A stretch of DNA of 64,000 nucleotides. Origin: a virus. The notes beneath the pieces are model-generated. The model was not told the origin of the DNA. It saw only the letters and a program-made list of their open reading frames with translations, and did not search any database. The translations under genes and the position numbers were made by a program. The DNA lies in the IMG/VR virus record IMGVR_UViG_3300044612_001159, positions 32,001-96,000 of that record. One strand, 5' to 3'. Position 1 is the first letter of the stretch. The number at the start of each line of letters is the position of its first letter. This document shows positions 27,711-35,299 of the stretch, in pieces.

Positions 27711-28114
27711 TTTCCAGATTTCTTTCTAGCCTTTGCCAAAGCATCAAAATCTTTTACCTTAGTATCTCCAAGGTAGCCCCATGCATAACCATTATTAATC
27801 ATGTGATCGTTTACAGAAACGGTGTCTTCGTCTACATAAAGCCAGCCAAGAATTCGACCATACTTTTCAGAAGAGTCCATCTTCTCTGTCTTAATTACTA
27901 CAGACTTTGCATCCTTCAAAAACTTCTTTAGGTACTCTTTGGACTCTAGGCCCAAAGCCTTTTCCTTAAGGTCTTTTGTACGAGATTCTGGGGTATCAAT
28001 GCCAGCCAGCCTTACACGAGATGCAAACAAAATATCAAACCCTAAATCAATTAGAACGTCAATGGTATCCCCATCTACTACGTTCTCTACTTTTCTTACA
28101 TAGTATGTATACAT
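27707..28114 (-). CDS. thermonuclease (SNase-like)
   Basis: VVDGDT, RLAGIDTPE, KYGRIL. Confidence 0.9.
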   Translation of the reverse strand: MYTYYVRKVENVVDGDTIDVLIDLGFDILFASRVRLAGIDTPESRTKDLKEKALGLESKEYLKKFLKDAKSVVIKTEKMDSSEKYGRILGWLYVDEDTVSVNDHMINNGYAWGYLGDTKVKDFDALAKARKKSGK

Positions 28115-28365
28115 TAGTAATCTTGCCCCTTTGCTTTATTTTCAATCAGTTTATTTCTTTCATCAAGAATGGTAATTGCAAACTTCATCATTTTGTCGTA
28201 ACCAACAGCATTGTCCATAACCTTGTTATAGTGATGACCACAAAACAACAAGTCTCCGTTTAAGCCAGTTACTCTCACTAGGGCCTCAGCACCACATCTA
28301 TCACACCTGTCAATTGGGGATAGTTGCCACTCTGCCTTAGCCTCATCTTTAACCATTGTAAACAT
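28114..28365 (-). CDS. small Zn-binding actinobacterial-type protein
   Basis: DRCDRCGAEA...LLFCGHH. Confidence 0.65.
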   Translation of the reverse strand: MFTMVKDEAKAEWQLSPIDRCDRCGAEALVRVTGLNGDLLFCGHHYNKVMDNAVGYDKMMKFAITILDERNKLIENKAKGQDY

Positions 28366-28366
28366 A

Positions 28367-28552
28367 TTATACCTTCCGATTGTCAGTAGAATAAAATCCA
28401 CTACCGTTGAATACTGCTCCTACATTAGAGTATACACGAATTAGATCTGAATTGCAAGCATCACATTTATACCCTGGATCGTTTTCGGACATAGACCTAA
28501 TCTTTGTATATCTTATTGCACAAGACATACAGTCATATTCATATGATGGCAT
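28367..28552 (-). CDS. FmdB family zinc-ribbon protein
   Basis: MP.YEY.C..C...C..C...F.GSGFYSTD. Confidence 0.85.
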   Translation of the reverse strand: MPSYEYDCMSCAIRYTKIRSMSENDPGYKCDACNSDLIRVYSNVGAVFNGSGFYSTDNRKV

Positions 28553-28661
28553 TATTTCTTTTTCGTTTTAGCCTTTACTTGCCAAACAGGAAGTTTAAGT
28601 TCGTCGCCAGACCATTCATAACCTAATGCTTTTACTACGAACTTGATAATTTTAATACGCA

Positions 28662-28880
28662 TTATTTAACCTTTCTGCCAAACTTGGCCCATACTCTTTC
28701 ATGCAAATAAAAGAATGTCATTTCTAGTGCTAGATATGATAGCCCATAAAGACCAACATATTCCCACTCTGCTTCTCCAGTATAATATTTAAGTACAAAA
28801 TAAATTATTCCAGAAACAAAAGTAAAATGTACAAACGGCCAACTAATAGTCTTCAACAAAGACTTCTTTTTTGATTCCAT
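28662..28880 (-). CDS. DUF2061 membrane protein (second copy)
   Basis: KS..KTISW...YLHERVW. Confidence 0.75.
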   Translation of the reverse strand: MESKKKSLLKTISWPFVHFTFVSGIIYFVLKYYTGEAEWEYVGLYGLSYLALEMTFFYLHERVWAKFGRKVK

Positions 28881-29521
28881 TATAGCGCTACCTGTGCCTT
28901 TCCTCCACCGCCACCAGCAACCTTCTTCTTCTTTTTCTTTGCAGCAGGCTCTGCAGATGTTGCAGTATCAGATGAACCAACCTTACTCAATAGCGGAAGG
29001 CTTTCTTCTCCAGCGTATACTGGTCTTCCCCATCCAACAACAGCATTAACCAACTTCTTCTTGTTGTTCTTAACATATGCACGAGTTTTCTCTACACACA
29101 TTCCACCATTGCGCTGGTCTCCCTTTGCAGTTCCAGAGGTATTGCCTTCGATGACTTGAATAGTTCCATCACCATTATTCTTAATACAAAGACCAACATG
29201 CGAAATACGATTTACGCCATCTTCTGGGAAATCAAAATAAATCCAATCACCTGGAGTTGGATCGTCGTTTCTGGCATCTGCCCAACGATCATTCTTCTTA
29301 AACCAATCAGACGCTGCAACAGTTGCTGCGGTCTTTGGATATTTCTTTGGATCTAGCCCTGCAGTAAATGCACACCAAGAAACAAATGATTGACACCATG
29401 GCAAAAAGTTTGCACCTGTCCACTTACCATACTTTGTCTCATTATCTTTTGGACCCTCAATAGTTCCGAGTTCCTTTTTTGCAACCTCAATGATTGCTTC
29501 TAAACTACCTTTAACTGCCAT
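28880..29521 (-). CDS. CHAP-domain endolysin
   Basis: PWCQSFVSW, P.PGD, SHVG, IEGNT. Confidence 0.85.
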   Translation of the reverse strand: MAVKGSLEAIIEVAKKELGTIEGPKDNETKYGKWTGANFLPWCQSFVSWCAFTAGLDPKKYPKTAATVAASDWFKKNDRWADARNDDPTPGDWIYFDFPEDGVNRISHVGLCIKNNGDGTIQVIEGNTSGTAKGDQRNGGMCVEKTRAYVKNNKKKLVNAVVGWGRPVYAGEESLPLLSKVGSSDTATSAEPAAKKKKKKVAGGGGGKAQVAL

Positions 29522-29562
29522 AATATTCCTCCTTGTTGATATGACAATATAATTATATCACG

Positions 29563-29635
29563 CTGCCCCACCTGGTCTCGATCCAGGGACATCCGAATTA
29601 ACAGTTCGGCACTCTACCATCTGAGTTATAGGGCA
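29563..29635 (-). tRNA. tRNA-Asn(GTT)
   Basis: CCGAA-CTGTTAA-TTCGG; atypical T-loop ATCGAGA. Confidence 0.85.
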
Positions 29636-29639
29636 ATGT

Positions 29640-29667
29640 GGGCAGTTTTTAGTCATACCCAGGACTA
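29640..29667 (-). ncRNA. pseudoknot motif copy 7 (compensatory S2)
   Basis: UAGUC CUGGGUAU GACUA AAAAC UGCCC. Confidence 0.75.
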
Positions 29668-29671
29668 TTAA

Positions 29672-30544
29672 TTAATTACGAATATATGATGTATTGCCAA
29701 TTAAAATCTTTGACAAAGATGAAAAATACTCTGTAAAAGTTTTAAATGTATTACGGCTTACATATGAGGCAGCAGACACTGCAGTTGCTACTGAACTTCC
29801 AGCAGTTGATGTTGGAGATCCATTATATTTAGTAATTTTAACCGAACCAGGAGCAACCATATCAAGACCAGGGCCTGTATTTGTTGCTGCCTCTAGTTGA
29901 GTTGCGCTACCAAGTGCACCAACACCTGTCACTCCACTAACGCATGACGGAAACCCAACAACGTCTCGTCGTCGGTCATTTCCTACCGCAACAAATACTG
30001 GAACATTGCTTGCGGTTAAAGATGACACAGCATTGATGGTAACTGTATCGTTTGTACATAGTGCAAGGTTTCCTGCACTTACTGAAGACTGGCTAACTGA
30101 AAGAGCATCAATACTGTACTTAGCAGCATTCTTTGATACCCAGTCAAATGCTAATGCCAAGGCTCTTGCATCTCCCCTTGAATTTCCAAGTGATGTAACA
30201 TCATTAAATCTAATAAAAACAATCTTTAGATTTGGATTAACAGTTAGGGCAGACTTTACCATTGCATCGCCGTGGTATGTAGCATTGTTGATTGATGCTG
30301 GCCATGGGGCAGACGCTGCACCCTTGCCCTCCATAAACAACTCTCCATTAGGGCAAGACATGTTTTGAGAAGCAATCTTTGACTTTACAGTTGTAAAGCA
30401 AACCTCATGAATAATTTGAGGGAAGTTATTAGAATTGATAGCAGTATCAATAATTGCCAAAACTCTTTCATCGTTTGCTTGTACTGGCTGTACTGTGCTA
30501 ATTACGAATAGTGCTGATAGTATTGCTAGTAGTGCCTTTTTCAT
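29672..30544 (-). CDS. secreted subtilisin-like (S8) peptidase
   Basis: signal peptide; IIDT, HG, VGN, AGSSVA triad motifs. Confidence 0.8.
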   Translation of the reverse strand: MKKALLAILSALFVISTVQPVQANDERVLAIIDTAINSNNFPQIIHEVCFTTVKSKIASQNMSCPNGELFMEGKGAASAPWPASINNATYHGDAMVKSALTVNPNLKIVFIRFNDVTSLGNSRGDARALALAFDWVSKNAAKYSIDALSVSQSSVSAGNLALCTNDTVTINAVSSLTASNVPVFVAVGNDRRRDVVGFPSCVSGVTGVGALGSATQLEAATNTGPGLDMVAPGSVKITKYNGSPTSTAGSSVATAVSAASYVSRNTFKTFTEYFSSLSKILIGNTSYIRN

Positions 30545-30569
30545 TTTTCTCCTTGTTATTTTTATTTGT

Positions 30570-30752
30570 TTATTCTTTTATTCTTACAACTAATTGGCAT
30601 GGGTCGCCTCCTGCTTCCCACTCTTCTTGTTCTTCTTCACTCATGTAGGGATCTCCATCATGAGTGTTACAGAATGGCTCTGTTATCCATCCTCGCTCAA
30701 TACCATTTGAAAGCCAGATACCGAACTCGTCTAGATCTTCATCTTCTATCAT
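30570..30752 (-). CDS. hypothetical protein
   Basis: ORF track; C.THDG.P. Confidence 0.7.
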   Translation of the reverse strand: MIEDEDLDEFGIWLSNGIERGWITEPFCNTHDGDPYMSEEEQEEWEAGGDPCQLVVRIKE

Positions 30753-30775
30753 ATTATAAGTATACCCAACAATAC

Positions 30776-31306
30776 CTAGTTTGTCAATTCGCCAATATAA
30801 TTTAAATTAATAATACATCTAATCTTAGAGTCTGTTTGTGATACTCCAGAATGCATTACATTTGAATCAAACATAACAAGCCTATTTTCTACACTGTCTA
30901 CTTTTGATCCGTCTTCAAAAATGGTATATCCATTATTACTATTTAAATAAAATATTGCTGTTGTATTATTAAACTCAGTATCTGAATGCATGCCACCAAC
31001 TACTGGGACGCTTGTCCTTGTGCCAAGATTCACCTTTACTCTATATATGTATGAAGGATTTATTTTTTTTATTAACGGATCTAATACATTATAAAAATCT
31101 GATTTAATTTCATTTTTTAGACATAGTGTATTAAAAAATTGAAACTTATCTAGTCCATACTCTTCGTCTGAAGACACCACAATTGGACTATAAAACCAAG
31201 GGAAATTACCACCTAGAACGGTATTCTGAATAGTTTTAAAATCATTTTCATTTAAAAAGTTATCTAAAATTTTAATTTTTTCTCCTAAAACTTTAAGCAG
31301 TAACAA
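30776..31306 (-). CDS. 2OG-Fe(II) oxygenase (start uncertain)
   Basis: HSD, TAIFYLN..NG.T.F, NR.V.FD....HSG, R..IN.NY. Confidence 0.8.
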   Translation of the reverse strand: MLLLKVLGEKIKILDNFLNENDFKTIQNTVLGGNFPWFYSPIVVSSDEEYGLDKFQFFNTLCLKNEIKSDFYNVLDPLIKKINPSYIYRVKVNLGTRTSVPVVGGMHSDTEFNNTTAIFYLNSNNGYTIFEDGSKVDSVENRLVMFDSNVMHSGVSQTDSKIRCIINLNYIGELTN

Positions 31307-31817
31307 CGTCTACTGGACCCATGCAAGATGGGCTAAACTTAATTGCTGCACTTACAGCCTGAAGCACTCTGTTTCTTGCATTTTTTTGCTTATCTGTTGC
31401 ATATAAAACACCATACGCATATTCCGCCCCAGATCCCATTGCGATATATGGGGTAGAGTATTTAGATAAAGACATGTCTACAGCACTGTGTTCATAAATC
31501 TCTCCACGAACTGCAATAATTAAACCAAGGTCTCCATCTTTTGTGGTATCAACCCAAAACTCATTATAGAACTCTCTCAGTTCTTTAATGAATTTAGTCT
31601 GCATAAATTTATCTGTATCCTTAATATTGGGTGCGGTTGGCTTAAAATTGTAACGAATTCTTTCTCCGTCTAATGCCCCAGCATATCCAATAAGGTATGG
31701 ACCTATCTTCCAAACCTTGGGTGCTTCAAGAGCAAGGATCGTTCCATCATCAGATGCACCACGATCTCCTGCCATGTAAACTTTACCTTCGTGTTTTAAT
31801 ACAGCAATACAGGTCAT
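31293..31817 (-). CDS. Ntn-hydrolase, HslV/proteasome beta-like protease
   Basis: N-terminal Thr (MTCI), GD, K, G.AG, GSG..YA.G. Confidence 0.8.
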   Translation of the reverse strand: MTCIAVLKHEGKVYMAGDRGASDDGTILALEAPKVWKIGPYLIGYAGALDGERIRYNFKPTAPNIKDTDKFMQTKFIKELREFYNEFWVDTTKDGDLGLIIAVRGEIYEHSAVDMSLSKYSTPYIAMGSGAEYAYGVLYATDKQKNARNRVLQAVSAAIKFSPSCMGPVDVVTA

Positions 31818-31824
31818 GCGAAAA

Positions 31825-31876
31825 GCCCCTCCAGATAGGTATAGTTAAGTATACCATTCCCTGAAGGGGCCGTCAA
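31825..31876 (-). promoter_or_regulatory. promoter inside an RBS-sequestering hairpin
   Basis: TTGACG...TGGTATACT; GCCCCTTCAG/CTGGAGGGGC. Confidence 0.55.
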
Positions 31877-31892
31877 GTAGGCTCAATAATGA

Positions 31893-32177
31893 CTAATTAG
31901 CCTTTTTATCTACCGTTTTAAACGCTTCATTTATTTCTGATATTGTGAGTTTTCCATCGTCCAAAAAAGCCCTTGCAAGCCTTTCAACAACAGAAGCAAC
32001 ACCAAGCAAACCAGCAAGCATTACTGCCTGAATTGTGTCAATTCCAACTACTGCCCCAGCACCAAGTACCGATAGACCAGACGCTGCAAATACTGCCACA
32101 ATTCTCATCAACACATTTGTTAATGCTTTCTGTGGATGCTCTTTCTTAGGAGCCTCTACTATTTTTTTAGTTGCCAT
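31893..32177 (-). CDS. membrane protein (holin-like)
   Basis: 2 TM, DDGKLT..E. Confidence 0.55.
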   Translation of the reverse strand: MATKKIVEAPKKEHPQKALTNVLMRIVAVFAASGLSVLGAGAVVGIDTIQAVMLAGLLGVASVVERLARAFLDDGKLTISEINEAFKTVDKKAN

Positions 32178-32178
32178 G

Positions 32179-32385
32179 TTAGTCCTCCTTTCTAAGCGGT
32201 ATTGATATTAACCAGACCACTGTTGTAATTAATACTGCAAGACCAACAATATCTCTTGCTGATCCTGTTAGGGTTAACCAAGCGATAAAGAATCCAAGGA
32301 GAGTAAATGCCTGAGCAATTATTTCTACACCAGCATCCTTAAGCCATGTAAAAAATCCCTTTACAACCTTCTTAATTATTTTCAT
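32179..32385 (-). CDS. small 2-TM membrane protein
   Basis: ORF track. Confidence 0.65.
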   Translation of the reverse strand: MKIIKKVVKGFFTWLKDAGVEIIAQAFTLLGFFIAWLTLTGSARDIVGLAVLITTVVWLISIPLRKED

Positions 32386-32386
32386 G

Positions 32387-34015
32387 TTACCTCCTCATTC
32401 CAATTACCGCAGATACTATGTTAGAAACAAGTACTACTGGGATAATTACTTCCTGTGCTTTTTCTCTCTGATCATCTGTCATATCCATACCTAACTCAGA
32501 GAAATTAGATAGGAGTTCTGTAACATCCACATTGAACACTGCTCCAAGTGGATCTGCTAAAAATGCTTCTGTTTGTACCTCAGTAATAGCATCTGCCAAT
32601 GTATATGGCATTGGGGCATCTGCGTTTTCTTCTGCTCTACCCGCAAACTCTACAAATGCCACTGCTATTTCTGGATTGTCTTTAATTGCTTCTGCAATTA
32701 TTGCTATTTCTTCTGCCTTAATTCCAAGATTTTCTGCTACTGCTTCTTCCTCTGTTGTGGATAATTCAGTTAGCATGTTTGATAATTCGGCAGCCAACTT
32801 AGCATCGTTTTGTCCAATTAGTTTATTTAACTTATTAAGTTCATCTGCTGAAATTGGATTACTATCGTCTGTGTCATTATTATCTGGTGCTGGCACTATA
32901 GGCTCTTCCTCAACAGGTTGCTCAGGTTCAGGCTCTTGACCTTGATCTGTTTCCTCTGGCTGAGATGTTGGCTCTTCTGAAGGCTCTGGAGTTGGATCAG
33001 TCTCTTCGCTGCCACCATCTGTGGTATCAGGGCTTGGAGAAGGAGTAGGATCTTCTGGTTCAGTTTGCTCATCATCAGGGAACCTTGGATCCTCTGGAGT
33101 AATAATCTCTGGGTCAACTTCAACATCAGGTTCAGGTAAATCTGGATCTTCTGTAGAATCAGGACTTGGCTCTGGATCTGGTGTAGGTTCTGGTTCATTA
33201 ACTTCTTCGCCATTAATAGAAGCAATAAGATTATTAAGGTCTGATATTTCTCCAGCCAACTGTGCTGCCTCTGCCACCTGCTCTTGCTGCTCTTCAGGCG
33301 TTATAGGGGCTTCTGTGGGCGTTGGAGAGGGTTCTGGGGATGGCTGCTGGGTAGGGGTAGGAGAAGGCTCTGGAATCGGCTCTGCTTGCAATGTAGGGGC
33401 AGGAGAATTAGGGGAAACCTGTGTAGCGCCCCAAGCCTCAAGTGATACTATAGATCCATCATGAAGCCTTACGCCCGTTCTAAGATTTTGGTATTCAGGA
33501 CCTTGATAACTATAGGACACCGCTAAACCGCCAGTATTAGTAATAGCCACTAATATATTTACTGTACTTGCCTGTGCCCCATAGTTACCGAATGGGACCA
33601 TATTGAGGTTCATTTGAAACCCACCTTCAGAATAATATATGTCCAAACCAGATGTTCCGCTTACTCCTGGGAACCAGTCCATTGAATACAAGGAGATAGA
33701 TGGTGTAGATGGATAGGTATGAAATGTACCGTCAGGTTGTCCAAATGTAATTACTGAGTTAGTTGTAGCATAAATGTTTTCATACTGTACCCCGTCAAAA
33801 GTCACGGTAGTTGCAATTGGTATTTGATAAGATATGTCGTCACCTGAGCAAGTATCCATATGATGCACTGTAGGTTCGGCATCGCCTTCATATGCTGCTG
33901 CTATGGTTTGTGATTGTATAAAGTTTACACAGGCTGCGTTAGCATTTTCTGGAATCCATAGGTTAAAGCCAAGGGCCAGTAGTGACGCTGACAATATTCT
34001 TATTAATTTTTTAAT
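32387..34015 (-). CDS. secreted/membrane-anchored protein with a long Pro/Glu/Thr linker
   Basis: signal peptide (ATT start at 34015 inferred; ORF track starts at TTG 33994), beta-rich N-domain, PEPS repeats, C-terminal TM. Confidence 0.75.
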   Translation of the reverse strand: MKKLIRILSASLLALGFNLWIPENANAACVNFIQSQTIAAAYEGDAEPTVHHMDTCSGDDISYQIPIATTVTFDGVQYENIYATTNSVITFGQPDGTFHTYPSTPSISLYSMDWFPGVSGTSGLDIYYSEGGFQMNLNMVPFGNYGAQASTVNILVAITNTGGLAVSYSYQGPEYQNLRTGVRLHDGSIVSLEAWGATQVSPNSPAPTLQAEPIPEPSPTPTQQPSPEPSPTPTEAPITPEEQQEQVAEAAQLAGEISDLNNLIASINGEEVNEPEPTPDPEPSPDSTEDPDLPEPDVEVDPEIITPEDPRFPDDEQTEPEDPTPSPSPDTTDGGSEETDPTPEPSEEPTSQPEETDQGQEPEPEQPVEEEPIVPAPDNNDTDDSNPISADELNKLNKLIGQNDAKLAAELSNMLTELSTTEEEAVAENLGIKAEEIAIIAEAIKDNPEIAVAFVEFAGRAEENADAPMPYTLADAITEVQTEAFLADPLGAVFNVDVTELLSNFSELGMDMTDDQREKAQEVIIPVVLVSNIVSAVIGMRR

Positions 34016-34077
34016 CTCCTGACCTCCGAATTAGACAATGTCTAATAAGGTTATTATAACATTTAATTTAGAATAAA

Positions 34078-34105
34078 AGAAAAAGGGGCCAGTTTCCTGA
34101 CCCCT
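34078..34105 (-). terminator. intrinsic terminator
   Basis: AGGGGTCAG-GAAA-CTGGCCCCT-TTTT. Confidence 0.8.
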
Positions 34106-34124
34106 AAATCTTTAAGTTTGTTAA

Positions 34125-35273
34125 TTACTTAACAAGTGCAACCTTTGCCTTTGGATTCTTTGCATTCCATTGACGAGCCAACTTATTAAAAGCAGCCTTT
34201 AGATCAGCAATAGCCTTGGCATTATCTGCCTTGACCTTATCAAGTTCTGCCTTAGCAGCAGCCTGTGCATCAGCAAGAGCCTTATCTGCAGCAACCTTGG
34301 CGGTTACAGCATCAGCCTTTAACTTAGCAATTTCTGCAGCAGCAGTAATAGCAGCAGCATCTGCAGCAGCCTTAGCAGCAACTGCATCAGAAGCAGCCTT
34401 TGCTACAGCAGCAGCAAGTGCAGCATCTGCAGTTACCTTATCAGCAGCACGACCAGCACGTTCTGCAGCAAGTGCAGCATTAGCAGCAGCAAGAGCAGTT
34501 GCTAGATCAGATACTGTTACGATTGCAGTCTGAGAAGTTGTTGCCAACTTAATTGTTGGAACAGAGGTTGGTGCAACAATAGATGCTCCAACAGCAACAG
34601 TTCCAGCAGCAGCAGGAAGCGAAATCTCTGATGTGTAACGACCTGTTACAAGAGCATCAGCAGTTACAGTTCCAGCAGTTGCGCCACCAAGAGTAGTAAC
34701 AGTTACTGTATCAGCAACAGCGTTGCCGAAAATATCTGCTACATCAAGAGTTGCAGTTACCTTGCCAGAAATATTTCCTGAAGCAGGGATTGACATCTTA
34801 AGTTCATATGCAGGACCTGCAACACCCTTAAGATAAATTGTTGTGCTTGCACCAGTTACAGAAACTGTAACCGCAGATGCAGCAGTAGTTGTTGTATATG
34901 CATATACAGTCGCTGTTGTTGAAGCAGGTGTGACTGTGATTGATGATGATCCAGCAGATGCATTAACTGTTGAACCAATTGCAGAGACGAGGCGTGTTCC
35001 AGCACCAACTGCAGTAAATGTTACTGGTGTTCCAGCAACAACTGTAGCGGTGATAAGAAGTGCTTCGTTGTTTGTAACAGTTGAAGTATCTGCAACGCTT
35101 ACGACGTTATCAGATGGAACCTTAACTGTAAATGGTGAGGCTGCAGTACCTGCGCCAGAAATTTCTGTTGTTACGTCCACAGAAACGGTATTGGCACTTG
35201 CAGGTGTCATTACTAGTGTGCTCATAGTCATGGCTGCAACCACGGCAAGAGCGATCTTCTTAAATGAATTCAT
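34125..35273 (-). CDS. secreted Ala/Thr-rich S-layer/Ig-like protein with coiled-coil tail
   Basis: MNSFKKIAL signal peptide, beta-rich core, Ala-rich helix. Confidence 0.75.
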   Translation of the reverse strand: MNSFKKIALAVVAAMTMSTLVMTPASANTVSVDVTTEISGAGTAASPFTVKVPSDNVVSVADTSTVTNNEALLITATVVAGTPVTFTAVGAGTRLVSAIGSTVNASAGSSSITVTPASTTATVYAYTTTTAASAVTVSVTGASTTIYLKGVAGPAYELKMSIPASGNISGKVTATLDVADIFGNAVADTVTVTTLGGATAGTVTADALVTGRYTSEISLPAAAGTVAVGASIVAPTSVPTIKLATTSQTAIVTVSDLATALAAANAALAAERAGRAADKVTADAALAAAVAKAASDAVAAKAAADAAAITAAAEIAKLKADAVTAKVAADKALADAQAAAKAELDKVKADNAKAIADLKAAFNKLARQWNAKNPKAKVALVK

Positions 35274-35299
35274 TTTTCTCCTTTTATTATTCATTTGGT

